Below, piece by piece: positions 17,899-28,024 of a stretch of 36,343 nt of DNA (its first letter is position 1; every line of letters begins with the position of its first letter). A program made the position numbers and the translations under genes. The stretch spans positions 1 through 36,343 of the forward strand of contig JBHJOU010000988.1 in NCBI GenBank assembly GCA_050329355.1, written 5' to 3'. Source of the stretch: Rivularia sp. (in: cyanobacteria). Its GTDB lineage: Bacteria > Cyanobacteriota > Cyanobacteriia > Cyanobacteriales > Nostocaceae. The notes beneath the pieces were generated by a model. That model saw only the letters and a program-made list of their open reading frames with translations. It did no database searches and was not told where the DNA came from.

Positions 17899-20241
17899 AT
17901 GAGTGTAAAAGTAAGTGGTGGTAGTCCAGTTATCTATCCACAACAATATCAAAGTTTACCTATTTCAGTTATTTCTCAAGGGTCACAACAAGACCGTTAC
18001 TTAAGAAATACTGAACTTAAAGAACTAGAGTCGTTTTTTAATTCTGGTAAGTTGCGGTTAGAGATTGCAATAACTTTAACTAATAAAGCTGATGAAATTG
18101 TCTGTGCTGGAGCCAACCGGATTTTCGTTGGTGGTTCACCTTCTGATTACCTGGAAAAGCCTCAAGAGCAGATAGGATTACCGGGTTCGGGATACTATAT
18201 CGGTGAAGACTATCTGAGTGTGGCAAGAAGAAATCGTGTTGTTGCGGTTAAGGAACGTCTCGAATCAATACAACCCCCAAAGATTTTTGCTCCGATTAAG
18301 GCTTGGTGGGAACAAGTACGAACGCTCTATAGCGATAGAGACCCACTTCCAGGAGGTTTTCGTTTTATCAATATCTCTCGCTATGGACCAAAAAGAATGC
18401 AAAGGTCTATGCGAGATTTATCCTGGTTCTTGCGCTATATTACTTATGCGATTGTTGCTGGTGATGCCAGTATTCTCATCGTTAATGCGCGAGGATTACG
18501 CGGAGTTATTCCAGAAGATGTAACAGAAGCTACCGTTGTTGCTCTCAAAGAAATGCGGCGACAGTCGGTGAGTTATTTGCAACTTAATACTGAAGCGACA
18601 AACATTATCAAGTATTATTTTGACATCCTAATTGCTGAGTATTTAGAAGAAAAACCCTCAGACAAACTGAGAATTGGAGTTTCCAATCAACAACAGGGTT
18701 TGGTATTACCGCAAAGTTATGCGATCGCGTCGGAACACCGACCAAAATTCGCGTTCAAGTCGGTTCTATCGGAAACAGAAAAGCGAGAAGCAATTAAAGC
18801 TGCTTATCGTCAAGTTTTTGAACGTGACATTACTGCAATATATGCTTGGAATGGTATAGAAATAGAATCTCAACTTAAGGGTGGACAAATCTCGATGAAA
18901 GAGTTTGTCCGCAGATTGGGTAAATCTCGCCTCTATCGGACGCTTTTTTACGAGCCTTATACAATCAGTCGGGTTATAGAATTGGCGATGCGGCACTTTT
19001 TAGGTCGCGGGTTGAGTTCTTTAGCAGAATTCCAAGAATATTTTGCAGTTATTACTAAAGGTGGTTTACCTAAACTGATAGATGCTTTAATTGATTCTCA
19101 CGAATACTCCGATTACTTTGGTGAGGAAACAGTACCGTATTTGCGCGGTTTGGGTCAAGAAGCTCAGGAATGTCGTAATTGGGGTCCGCAAATTGATTTA
19201 TTAAAATATAGCGCTCCTGTTCGCAAAATTCCTCAGTTTGTAACCTTGTTTGGTAAATATCAAAAGCCTCTACCCAATCAACATCCTTATGGTTGTGGTA
19301 ACGATCCATTAGAAATTCAGTTTGGTGCAGTTTTTCCTCAAGAGAACCGCAATCCTCATCCCGAACCTGCGTTTTTCAACAAAGATACTCGCCGGATTTT
19401 GATTAATTGTAGTTCGTCTTTTCACAATGGTAATCAAGCTAGCTATGATCTAGTACCCGGTTCTGCGGTTAGTATTATCAAGTTAAATCCTGTAGACAAG
19501 GGAAAAACTAAGTTTCGACAAAATGGTAAAAACACAGATGAAACTACTAAGGTCAAAAAGCCAGAAAATAAGAGTATAAGTTTGGCGAAACACTCTCTTG
19601 AAGCTGTGATTAGAGGAGCTTATCGACAGGTATTCGGGCGAGAATTGTTACAAGGTCAACGTTTAACAACCGCAGAAATCAAACTCAAAGGTGGTCAAAT
19701 TACGGTGCGGGAGTTTATCCGTCAGTTGGCTAAGTCTAATTGGTTTCGCAAAATGTATTGGGAAAAACTTTATATTACTAAGGCGATTGAATATATTCAT
19801 CGGCGTTTGTTAGGTCGTCCCACTTATGGACGACAAGAAATGAATCGCTACTATGATATTTGCGCCACCAAGGGGTTTTACGCTCTGATCGATGAAATCG
19901 TTAACAGCCGGGAATATATCGAAGCTTTCGGGGAAAATACGGTTCCTTACGAGCGTTATATTACACCAAGAGGTTTGGCGATGCGCCGTTCTGCATCGGC
20001 TGAGGCTGTAAATTTAAGAGCTAAATCCTCACTTTCATCTCCATCTGAACTGGATGCCTTTATTCCCCAACAGCGCAATATCCCAAAACAACTTTTCTGG
20101 TCAGAACTTGCTCATACACAACAGCAAAACTCCGAATATGTATCCAACACCAACAACTCGAAACCAAAGTTAAGCCTAGAAGCAATAACTGAATCTGAAA
20201 CTCAGGAGAATTATGAGTATAGTCAAACAAGTGATTCTTAA
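17899..20241 (+). CDS. apcE2: Far-red phycobilisome core-membrane linker ApcE2
   Basis: The PB domain has VIPEDV instead of the Cys-containing ENACS (non-covalent bilin; a FaRLiP marker). Two REP linker domains (AAYRQVF / GAYRQVF ... FGE.TVPY). Confidence 0.96.
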   Translation: MSVKVSGGSPVIYPQQYQSLPISVISQGSQQDRYLRNTELKELESFFNSGKLRLEIAITLTNKADEIVCAGANRIFVGGSPSDYLEKPQEQIGLPGSGYYIGEDYLSVARRNRVVAVKERLESIQPPKIFAPIKAWWEQVRTLYSDRDPLPGGFRFINISRYGPKRMQRSMRDLSWFLRYITYAIVAGDASILIVNARGLRGVIPEDVTEATVVALKEMRRQSVSYLQLNTEATNIIKYYFDILIAEYLEEKPSDKLRIGVSNQQQGLVLPQSYAIASEHRPKFAFKSVLSETEKREAIKAAYRQVFERDITAIYAWNGIEIESQLKGGQISMKEFVRRLGKSRLYRTLFYEPYTISRVIELAMRHFLGRGLSSLAEFQEYFAVITKGGLPKLIDALIDSHEYSDYFGEETVPYLRGLGQEAQECRNWGPQIDLLKYSAPVRKIPQFVTLFGKYQKPLPNQHPYGCGNDPLEIQFGAVFPQENRNPHPEPAFFNKDTRRILINCSSSFHNGNQASYDLVPGSAVSIIKLNPVDKGKTKFRQNGKNTDETTKVKKPENKSISLAKHSLEAVIRGAYRQVFGRELLQGQRLTTAEIKLKGGQITVREFIRQLAKSNWFRKMYWEKLYITKAIEYIHRRLLGRPTYGRQEMNRYYDICATKGFYALIDEIVNSREYIEAFGENTVPYERYITPRGLAMRRSASAEAVNLRAKSSLSSPSELDAFIPQQRNIPKQLFWSELAHTQQQNSEYVSNTNNSKPKLSLEAITESETQENYEYSQTSDS

Positions 20242-20734
20242 TGCCGATGAACAACTGCGTTATCCTACCCCCGGAGAAATCCGGATGATTCAAAATTTTT
20301 GTCATACAGGAACGCAGCGGATTCGGATTGCGACAACTTTGGCAAAAAATCAAAGACGGTTGGTAGAACTAGCCAGCGATCAATTCTGGAAGCGGTGTCC
20401 TAACACCCCCAGTAATAGCGGCAATATGAGAAAGACATCTTCGTGTCAGCGCGATCAAGGTTGGTATATCCGTTTAGTTGCTTACTGTGTTTTAGCAGGT
20501 AATGAACAGCCATTAACGGAAATTGGTATTGTCGGGATGAAAGAAATGTACCAATCTTTGGGTATACCCTTAGCGAATTGGGTAGAAGCATTATGCTGTA
20601 TCAAGGAACAAGCAGTATATCTTCTTGGCTCCGAGGATGCTGCTTTGGTGACTCCTTATTTTGACCGAATCATTCAAGCTCTTGCTTTACCTGGTACTCC
20701 TTACTTGATCAACGATGGCAACCCGGATTGGTGA
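20213..20734 (+). CDS. apcD3: Far-red allophycocyanin alpha-type subunit ApcD3
   Basis: MSIVKQVILNADEQLRYPTPGE start and a C-terminal extension. Overlaps apcE2 by 29 bp, with an AGGAG SD inside apcE2. Confidence 0.85.
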   Translation: MSIVKQVILNADEQLRYPTPGEIRMIQNFCHTGTQRIRIATTLAKNQRRLVELASDQFWKRCPNTPSNSGNMRKTSSCQRDQGWYIRLVAYCVLAGNEQPLTEIGIVGMKEMYQSLGIPLANWVEALCCIKEQAVYLLGSEDAALVTPYFDRIIQALALPGTPYLINDGNPDW

Positions 20735-20776
20735 AGATGTGCAATGGGGCATTTGAAAAAAAAAAGGAAAAATACT

Positions 20777-21835
20777 ATGACTATAGCTCTCAAACGCAGT
20801 CAGATAGAATGGGGATGGTTTACCGTTGTTGATGATTGGTTAAAACGAGACCGTTTCGTTTTTATCGGTTGGTCTGGTCTTTTACTATTCCCCTGTGCTT
20901 ACTTATCTATAGGAGGTTGGTTTACTGGCACCACTTTTGTAACTTCTTGGTATACCCACGGTGTGGTCAGTTCTTACATAGAGGGCTGCAACTTTCTCAC
21001 AGTAGCAGTTTCTACCCCTGCCGATAGTATGGGTCACTCTTTACTACTATTATGGGGACCTGAAGCACAGGGAAACTTGATCCGTTGGTTTCAAATTGGC
21101 GGATTGTGGAATTTTGTCGCTTTTCATGGTGTTTTCGGATTAATCGGCTTCATGCTACGGCAACTTGAAATTGCTCGACTTGTAGGTATTCGACCGTACA
21201 ATGCTATTGCTTTCTCTGCACCGATTGCTGTTTTTGTTTCTGTATTCTTGATTTACCCTTTAGGTCAATCAAGTTGGTTTTTTGCTCCTAGCTTTGGAGT
21301 AGCCGCCATTTTCCGTTTTCTACTATTCTTCCAAGCTTTTCACAACTACACACTCAATCCCTTCCATATGATGGGAGTAGCTGGTGTATTGGGTGGTGCT
21401 TTATTATGCGCCATACACGGTGCAACTGTGGAAAACACCCTGTTCAAAGATGGTAAAAATTTCAATACTTTCGGCGCATTTAGTGCAACTCAAGCAGAAG
21501 AAACCTATTCCTTTGTGACAGCTAACCGCTTTTGGTCGCAAATTTTCGGAATAGCCTTTTCTAACAAGCGGTGGTTGCACTTTTTTATGTTGTTTGTACC
21601 AGTAGCTGGTTTGTGGATGAGTGCAATTGGAATGGCGGGATTAGCCTTTAACTTGCGAGCATACGACTTTGTGTCTCAAGAATTACGAGCAGCGGAAGAT
21701 CCGGAATTTGAAACCTTTTACACCAAGAACATTCTTTTGAATGAAGGTGCTAGAACCTGGATGGCGCAAGAGGACCAGCCTCATCAACACTTCCAATTTC
21801 CCCCAGAAGTATTACCTCGTGGAAATGCTCTTTAA
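20777..21835 (+). CDS. psbD3: Photosystem II D2, far-red paralogue PsbD3
   Basis: [16 protein letters not shown]; [10 protein letters not shown] (Tyr for the canonical Trp); ends PRGNAL. Start moved to MTIAL at 20777. Confidence 0.96.
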   Translation: MTIALKRSQIEWGWFTVVDDWLKRDRFVFIGWSGLLLFPCAYLSIGGWFTGTTFVTSWYTHGVVSSYIEGCNFLTVAVSTPADSMGHSLLLLWGPEAQGNLIRWFQIGGLWNFVAFHGVFGLIGFMLRQLEIARLVGIRPYNAIAFSAPIAVFVSVFLIYPLGQSSWFFAPSFGVAAIFRFLLFFQAFHNYTLNPFHMMGVAGVLGGALLCAIHGATVENTLFKDGKNFNTFGAFSATQAEETYSFVTANRFWSQIFGIAFSNKRWLHFFMLFVPVAGLWMSAIGMAGLAFNLRAYDFVSQELRAAEDPEFETFYTKNILLNEGARTWMAQEDQPHQHFQFPPEVLPRGNAL

Positions 21836-21837
21836 CA

Positions 21838-21936
21838 GGGAATTGGGAATTGGGTAATGGGTAATTGGGAATAGGGAATTGGGGAATTGGGAGAAATAAA
21901 TAATAACCATCAACCATCAACTGTCAACTGTCAACT
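21838..21936. repeat. STRR tracts between psbD3 and psbC2
   Basis: (gggaatt/gggtaat)n followed by (aaccatc)2(aactgtc)2. Confidence 0.8.
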
Positions 21937-21952
21937 AATTAATGAATGAATA

Positions 21953-23350
21953 ATGGAAACACCCTTTGAAAATTCAGCCACAATAACCGTTAGCCCTGAA
22001 CAGAGAGAAGGTCGCGACCAAGCATCTACTGGATATGCATGGTGGGCTGGGAATGCTCGTTTTATCAACTTATCCGGCCGCTTTTTGGGCGCTCACGTAG
22101 CTCATGCAGGAGTGATTGCCTTCTGGGCTGGAGCAATGCTGTTGTTTGAAGTTGCTCACTACATACCAGAAAAGCCGATGTACGAACAGGGCTTAATTCT
22201 CATGCCTCACATTGCAACCCTCGGCATCGGTGTCGGAGCAGGCGGTGAAATAATAAATACTTTCCCATTTTTTGCCATTGCCGTAACACATTTAATTGGT
22301 TCTGCTGTTTTAGGTTTTGGTGGCGTTTATCACTCAATTAGAGGACCCCAAAAACTAGCGGGTTTCTTCAATTTTGATTGGACTGATAAAGACAAAGTGA
22401 CTAGTATTTTGGGATATCACTTGATTGCCCTTGGGATAGCCGCTTACTTACTTGTCGGTAAAGCCATGTTTTGGGGTGGTTTATATGATACTTGGGTACC
22501 AGGAGGTGGTGACGTGCGGCTTGTGACAAATCCCACCCTCGATCCAAGAATCATCTTCGGTTACGTATTCAGCAATATTACGGGAGGCTCAGGTAATATT
22601 GTTAGCGTTGATAATTTAGAGGATTTAGTTGGTGGTCATATTTGGGTAGGCGGACTGCTAATACTTGGTGGTATTTGGCACATTGTAACGAAACCTTTTA
22701 AATGGACTCACAAAATCTTTATCTGGTCTGGTGAAGCTTATCTTTCTCAAAGTTTAGGTAATGTTGCCGGACAGGCTTTTATTGCTGCGATGTTTATTTG
22801 GTTTAACAATACTGCCTATCCTAGCGAGTTTTATGGACCGACAGTAGCAGAAGCTGCCAATGCTCAAGTGATGAACTTTGTAGTCCGTGACCAAAGTTTA
22901 GGAGCGAATATTTCTACATCTCAAGGTCCGACTGGTTTAGGTAAATATTTACAGCGATCGCCAACAGGAGAAATCATCTTTGGGGCTGAAACAATGCGGT
23001 TTTGGGATGTGAAAGCACCTTGGTTAGAGCCGTTGCGGGGAGTTAATGGATTAGATATTGACAAGCTAAAGAATGATATTCAACCCTGGCAAAAACGTCG
23101 GGCTGCTGAATACATGACTCATTCTCCCATCGGTTCTTTGAATTCAGTTGGTGGTTTAGCAACGGAAGTTAATTCCTTTAATTTTGTCGGACCTCGTACC
23201 TGGCTGGCTTCTGCTCACTTTATTTTTGCACTACTGTTTCTAGTCGGTCATCTTTGGCACGCAGGTCGTGCAAGAGCTGCTGCTGCGGGTTTTGAAAGAG
23301 GTATCGAACGTGAAGATGAGCCAGTTTTATCGATGAAACCATTGGATTAA
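21953..23350 (+). CDS. psbC2: Photosystem II CP43, far-red paralogue PsbC2
   Basis: [17 protein letters not shown] and [11 protein letters not shown] motifs. Confidence 0.96.
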   Translation: METPFENSATITVSPEQREGRDQASTGYAWWAGNARFINLSGRFLGAHVAHAGVIAFWAGAMLLFEVAHYIPEKPMYEQGLILMPHIATLGIGVGAGGEIINTFPFFAIAVTHLIGSAVLGFGGVYHSIRGPQKLAGFFNFDWTDKDKVTSILGYHLIALGIAAYLLVGKAMFWGGLYDTWVPGGGDVRLVTNPTLDPRIIFGYVFSNITGGSGNIVSVDNLEDLVGGHIWVGGLLILGGIWHIVTKPFKWTHKIFIWSGEAYLSQSLGNVAGQAFIAAMFIWFNNTAYPSEFYGPTVAEAANAQVMNFVVRDQSLGANISTSQGPTGLGKYLQRSPTGEIIFGAETMRFWDVKAPWLEPLRGVNGLDIDKLKNDIQPWQKRRAAEYMTHSPIGSLNSVGGLATEVNSFNFVGPRTWLASAHFIFALLFLVGHLWHAGRARAAAAGFERGIEREDEPVLSMKPLD

Positions 23351-23356
23351 TTCAAC

Positions 23357-23488
23357 CTGAGTTCCGATAATCATAGAAGTCGGGTTTTTAAGATAAATAT
23401 TGATCGCACGCTTATAAAAGTAATAAAAACCCGACTTCTTACACCACAAAAAATTTAGGTTTTACAGCTTATTTTCATCGGAATTCAG
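23357..23488. repeat. MITE-like element downstream of psbC2
   Basis: Terminal ctgagttccgat / atcggaattcag inverted repeats and an internal 16-bp stem agaagtcgggttttta / taaaaacccgacttct. Confidence 0.7.
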
Positions 23489-23581
23489 TAATCAGAAGCC
23501 GATGTAACTCATGTAAATTCAGTTAGGAAACATTAGTGGTAACTGGTAAATACTTATTCATCAAGGAGGCTTTAATCTTAT

Positions 23582-23749
23582 ATGCTGATGGCATTTCGTA
23601 AAAATAATCCCGTAGTAGGAATACAGGATTTGTTACTCGAATACATCATTGTTCCTGTGTTTATCTTCTTTTTTTCAGTTACTGTGATGTTTTTAAACAG
23701 ATTTTTTCCTGATTCAATATCAGGCACTTATTTACAACTTTTTTTCTAA
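23582..23749 (+). CDS. Unannotated 55-aa single-TM protein, PsaJ-like (not in ORF track)
   Basis: AAGGAGG SD at 23563-23569. Translation MLMAFRKNNPVVGIQDLLLEYIIVPVFIFFFSVTVMFLNRFFPDSISGTYLQLFF; a hydrophobic helix is followed by the PsaJ-type NRFFPD. Confidence 0.68.
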   Translation: MLMAFRKNNPVVGIQDLLLEYIIVPVFIFFFSVTVMFLNRFFPDSISGTYLQLFF

Positions 23750-23820
23750 AAATCAGGGAGTAGAAAAAACCAAAATTAGCGGTGATCAATTTTTGATTTG
23801 AAAATTCATAACTCTGGTAC

Positions 23821-23848
23821 AGACGTAGCAATACGCCCCGTCTCTACA
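23821..23848. repeat. REP/SDR-type repeat; exact inverted copy at 25432-25459
   Basis: agacgtagcaatacgccccgtctctaca. Confidence 0.85.
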
Positions 23849-23886
23849 ATTCCTAACTCATAACTTTTTCATCAGGAACATTATTT

Positions 23887-25416
23887 ATGGGATTACCTTG
23901 GTATCGTGTCCACACAGTAGTTTTGAATGACCCAGGAAGGCTAATTGCTGTCCATCTGATGCATACAGCCTTGACAGCGGGATGGGCCGGGTCAATGGTT
24001 TTATACGAACTTGCTCTGTTTAACCCCAGCGACCCAGTTTTCAACCCGATGTGGCGACAGGGGATGTATGTATTGCCTTTCATGGCTCGATTGGGTGTTA
24101 CGGAATCTTGGGGTGGTTGGAGCCTCACGGGCGAACCTGTGACAGGATTTAGTTTGTGGACTTTTGAAAGTGTCGCCGCAGCTCATATTATCTTGTCAGG
24201 TTTATTATTTCTAGCTGCTTGTTGGCACTGGGTTTATTGGGATTTGGATTTATTTCAAGACCGTAAGAATAATCAACCAGTCCTCGATTTACCAAGAATA
24301 TTCGGGATTCATTTGTTGCTTGCAGGTCTGCTTTGTTTTGGTTTTGGTGCTTTTCACCTTACAGGTGTATTTGGTCCGGGTATGTGGGTTTCTGACCCCT
24401 ACGGATTAACTGGTCATGTCCAGGGTGTGGCTCCTGTGTGGGGAGCGGAGGGCTTTAATCCTTTTAATCCTGGTGGTGTTGTGGCTCATCACATTGCTGC
24501 GGGGATTGTTGGTATTATCGGCGGTATTTTCCATATAGCTTTTCGCCCTCCGGAAGTACTCTATAGGGCTTTAAGAATGGGTAATATTGAAACTGTTCTG
24601 GCAAGTGCCTTAGCAACATTCTTTTTTGCAGCTTTTATTGTTTCTGGAACAATGTGGTATGGTAGCGCCACAACTCCGATTGAATTGTTTGGTCCGACTC
24701 GTTATCAATGGGATAGCGGTTATTTCCAAAACGAGATTAACCGGCGAGTGCAAAGCAATTTGGCTGGAGGTGAAACGCGATCGCAAGCTTGGTCAAATAT
24801 TCCAGATAAGTTAGCTTTCTACGACTATGTTGGCAATAGTCCGGCTAAAGGTGGTTTATTCCGCGTCGGCGCGATGAATAAAGGTGATGGTATTGCTTTT
24901 CGTTGGTCTGGTCATCCAGTGTTTCAAGACAAAGAAGGTCGGGAATTGACGGTAAGACGGATGCCCAACTTCTTTGAAACTTTCCCAGTAGTTTTGACTG
25001 ACAAAGATGATGTTGTGCGTGCAGATATACCTTTCCGACGGGCTGAATCAAAATTAAGCTTTGAACAAGCTGGTACAACTGTCAGCTTTTACGGTGGTCA
25101 ACTCGACGGTCAAACATTTACAGATCCAATTGATGTTAAACCATTTGCTCGTCGCGCTCAACTGGGCGAAATTTTTGAATTTGATAGTGCAACTCTGAAT
25201 TCCGATGGCATATTCCGCACCAGTACCCGTGGATGGTTCGCTTTTGCTCATACAGTTTGGGGTTTACTCTGGTTCTTTGGACATATTTGGCATGGTTCCC
25301 GCACAATATATCGAGATGTCTTTGCTGGTATTGATCCTGACTTAGAAGAACAAGTTGAGTTCGGTGTTTTCCAAAAAGTGGGTGATTTGACTACCCGCAA
25401 AAAGCAACCTGTTTAA
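23887..25416 (+). CDS. psbB2: Photosystem II CP47, far-red paralogue PsbB2
   Basis: [19 protein letters not shown] start; FFGHIWHG; FQKVGD. Confidence 0.96.
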   Translation: MGLPWYRVHTVVLNDPGRLIAVHLMHTALTAGWAGSMVLYELALFNPSDPVFNPMWRQGMYVLPFMARLGVTESWGGWSLTGEPVTGFSLWTFESVAAAHIILSGLLFLAACWHWVYWDLDLFQDRKNNQPVLDLPRIFGIHLLLAGLLCFGFGAFHLTGVFGPGMWVSDPYGLTGHVQGVAPVWGAEGFNPFNPGGVVAHHIAAGIVGIIGGIFHIAFRPPEVLYRALRMGNIETVLASALATFFFAAFIVSGTMWYGSATTPIELFGPTRYQWDSGYFQNEINRRVQSNLAGGETRSQAWSNIPDKLAFYDYVGNSPAKGGLFRVGAMNKGDGIAFRWSGHPVFQDKEGRELTVRRMPNFFETFPVVLTDKDDVVRADIPFRRAESKLSFEQAGTTVSFYGGQLDGQTFTDPIDVKPFARRAQLGEIFEFDSATLNSDGIFRTSTRGWFAFAHTVWGLLWFFGHIWHGSRTIYRDVFAGIDPDLEEQVEFGVFQKVGDLTTRKKQPV

Positions 25417-25431
25417 TTAAGATTCCCGAAA

Positions 25432-25459
25432 TGTAGAGACGGGGCGTATTGCTACGTCT
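25432..25459. repeat. REP/SDR-type repeat; exact reverse complement of 23821-23848
   Basis: tgtagagacggggcgtattgctacgtct. Confidence 0.85.
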
Positions 25460-25506
25460 TTACAACGATTCTGCGTTAAGCATGATGAATTTTGGCATAA
25501 GTGTAA

Positions 25507-25736
25507 TAGTTTATTTCATTAAATTTGGCGGGTAATTCGTAGTGCGAGCCGAAAAGCTCGCTAGCTACTAACAGGGAGCGAGACGCTCCCACTACGAACG
25601 GATTACCCATCATAATTAATGTGGTCAAGTACTAATAGTTCTTTGCATTAAATTTGACGGATTCGTTTTCTCCCAAACTTAGAGAGACGTTATGTATAAC
25701 GTCTCTACAGCCCATCATAATTAATGAAAAGGACTA
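25507..25736. repeat. Two tandem MITE-like elements with shared ends and different REP-like cores
   Basis: Both run tagtt..cattaaatttg.cgg ... cccatcataattaatg (about 25507-25633 and 25636-25736). Cores are ttcgtagtg..cactacgaa and agagacgttat.tataacgtctct. Confidence 0.7.
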
Positions 25737-25757
25737 CTAACAACAAAAGATAAAATC

Positions 25758-26240
25758 ATGAAAAAAATATTTTTCGCATTACTACTGACAAGTTTTCTGT
25801 GGATGAATTTTGTTCCTGTTGCATTCGCAGAGAACACTACACTAGTACCTTGTAAAGAATCTCCTGCATTTGTAGAACGGATGCAAAATGCACCTGATAA
25901 TTATTACACCACCAAGCCATTTCAGGCTTATTCGCGATTACTCTGTGGTGATGATGGGCTACCACATTTGGTTCTTGATCGTTTAAACCTGGCATTTGAC
26001 GTAATGGCTCCGATTACGATGTTTTTATACATTGCAGGTTGGATAGGTTGGAGCGGACGTTCTTACTTGGTAGCAATTAGAAAAGAAGGTGCAGGAGAAG
26101 AAAAGGAATTGTTTATTGATATCAAACTCTTCCTAAGTTGTATGATCAAGGCTTTGATGTGGCCGATATTAGCAATCAAAGAGTTTTTAAGTGGCGAATT
26201 AGTTGCTAAAGATGATGAAATTCCAATTTCAATTCGTTAA
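25758..26240 (+). CDS. psaF2: Photosystem I subunit III, far-red paralogue PsaF2
   Basis: Signal peptide (AFA); LVPCKESPAF; LCGDDGLPHL; FLYIAGWIGWSGRSYL. Confidence 0.95.
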   Translation: MKKIFFALLLTSFLWMNFVPVAFAENTTLVPCKESPAFVERMQNAPDNYYTTKPFQAYSRLLCGDDGLPHLVLDRLNLAFDVMAPITMFLYIAGWIGWSGRSYLVAIRKEGAGEEKELFIDIKLFLSCMIKALMWPILAIKEFLSGELVAKDDEIPISIR

Positions 26241-26355
26241 AAAATCAAAATTAACCAATCATATCATGTCCGGATGATTAGTTATTATTCGCTGTTGATT
26301 GTTAATTGGTAATGGGTATTGTTCCCGACTTAATATTTTTGAAGGAGAATTAATC

Positions 26356-26505
26356 ATGGAGTCACGTTATTTCTTGAAATATCTTTCTAGTGTTCCCGTT
26401 GTTGCTACCTTAGCAGTGATTATTTTGTTTGTAATTTTCGTTACATTAAATTACTTGTTTCCTGGATTGCAATACGGAACTTTTTTCCATCCTTTACCTC
26501 AATAA
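26356..26505 (+). CDS. psaJ2: Photosystem I subunit IX, far-red paralogue PsaJ2
   Basis: MESRYFLKYLSSVPVVATL...LNYLFPGLQYGTFFHPLP. The AAGGAG SD supports the ATG at 26356; follows psaF2. Confidence 0.92.
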   Translation: MESRYFLKYLSSVPVVATLAVIILFVIFVTLNYLFPGLQYGTFFHPLPQ

Positions 26506-26802
26506 GTTAATCATTAGGTCGATCGCAATTACTGCATAGCGTGGTATTTTGCGATCAATCAAGCTTCCAGTAATCGGATTAAGATTTTAGTCGTTGATCT
26601 GGAAATATTTTTAGTATATAGATTCACAGCGTAGCTATTGCGATCGTTCTCCCCATTATTTATAACCTTACAATTAAGTCAGTTCTTAATTTTGACCGCC
26701 GAAAATTAATATTATAAAGAATTATGTTACCAAAAAAATTCAACAATAATCACAGGTTATGATACCCTATCTGCAATTAGTTACGATTTATAAGTATTCA
26801 AA

Positions 26803-27885
26803 ATGACAAAATTGCGGGTAGGCTTACTTTTTGGTGGTCGTTCTGGGGAACATGAAGTTTCCATCGTTTCAGCTAGAGCAATTGCAAAAGCTATAAACGC
26901 AGAGGAAAACGTTAATAAATACGAATTATTGCCTTTTTATATTAAAAAAGATGGTACTTGGCAAGGTCCTGATATGGCAAGTCAGGTTTTAGCTTCGGGG
27001 GAAGCCTTATCAACCGAATCTCAATCTAATCTTTGGCAATTCCCAGCAGAAGCACAAACGGTAGACGTGTGGTTTCCCATTCTCCACGGACCTAATGGTG
27101 AAGATGGTACGATTCAAGGATTACTCAGCTTGATGCAAGTTCCCTTCGTTGGTTCTGGGGTATTGGGTTCGGCTGCGGGTATGGATAAAATTGGCATGAA
27201 ATCCATATTTGCTCAAGCCCGATTACCGCAAGTTAAGTATATGGCTTTGACTAGGGAACAAATTTGGTCAAATCCTTGTATTTTTCCCAAACTTTGCGAT
27301 CAAATTGAACAAACTTTATCGTATCCTTGTTTTGTCAAACCCGCGAATTTAGGTTCATCCGTCGGTATTGCCAAAGTGCGATCGCGCTCGGAATTAGAAG
27401 CGGCTTTGGATAGTGCGGCAAGTTACGATCGCAGAATTATTGTGGAAGCTGGAGTGATTGCCAGGGAAGTTGAATGCGCTGTTTTAGGAAATGATAATCC
27501 GAAAGCTTCTGTTGTCGGTGAAATCACTTACGAAAGCGACTTCTATGACTATGAGACTAAATATACTAGTGGTATGGCAGATTTACTGATTCCAGCGCCG
27601 ATTCCTGATGCGGTAATTCAACAAATTCAAGAGAAAGCAATACAGGCATTTACTACACTTGACTGTGCCGGATTAGCACGGGTAGACTTCTTCTATGTTG
27701 AAGCGACAGGAGAAATTTTAATCAACGAAATCAATACTCTGCCTGGTTTTACATCAACAAGTATGTATCCACAACTTTGGGCAAATAGCGGTGTTTCTTT
27801 TCCGGAATTAGTCGATCAACTGATTCAATTCGCTTTAGAAAGAAACTCAACTCCGGATAATAATCAAGTCACTTTGAACACCTAA
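26803..27885 (+). CDS. ddl: D-alanine--D-alanine ligase
   Basis: [31 protein letters not shown] and NEINTLPG motifs. Confidence 0.96.
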   Translation: MTKLRVGLLFGGRSGEHEVSIVSARAIAKAINAEENVNKYELLPFYIKKDGTWQGPDMASQVLASGEALSTESQSNLWQFPAEAQTVDVWFPILHGPNGEDGTIQGLLSLMQVPFVGSGVLGSAAGMDKIGMKSIFAQARLPQVKYMALTREQIWSNPCIFPKLCDQIEQTLSYPCFVKPANLGSSVGIAKVRSRSELEAALDSAASYDRRIIVEAGVIAREVECAVLGNDNPKASVVGEITYESDFYDYETKYTSGMADLLIPAPIPDAVIQQIQEKAIQAFTTLDCAGLARVDFFYVEATGEILINEINTLPGFTSTSMYPQLWANSGVSFPELVDQLIQFALERNSTPDNNQVTLNT

Positions 27886-28024
27886 ATTTTATTGAGAATC
27901 AATGGATTAAGTAGTCAATATTTCCAAAAGAGACTACTTAAATCCTGATATTGATTACGGATACGTCAAACCTTGTTACTCCAGTACAATTTATATCTTG
28001 AGAAGTGCAAATCTGAAAAAAGTC

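Noticed and set aside
20744-20776. Track N-terminal extensions (psbD3 [11 protein letters not shown]; also psaJ2, rfpC and yihY)
   Set aside because: Homology and SD position point to downstream ATGs; the yihY extension is a translated STRR.
14838-25251. Overlapping ORFs in psbA3, apc genes, psbD3 and psbB2 (e.g. 15092-15379, 18218-18523, 20060-20353, 23853-24128)
   Set aside because: Shadows of established genes.
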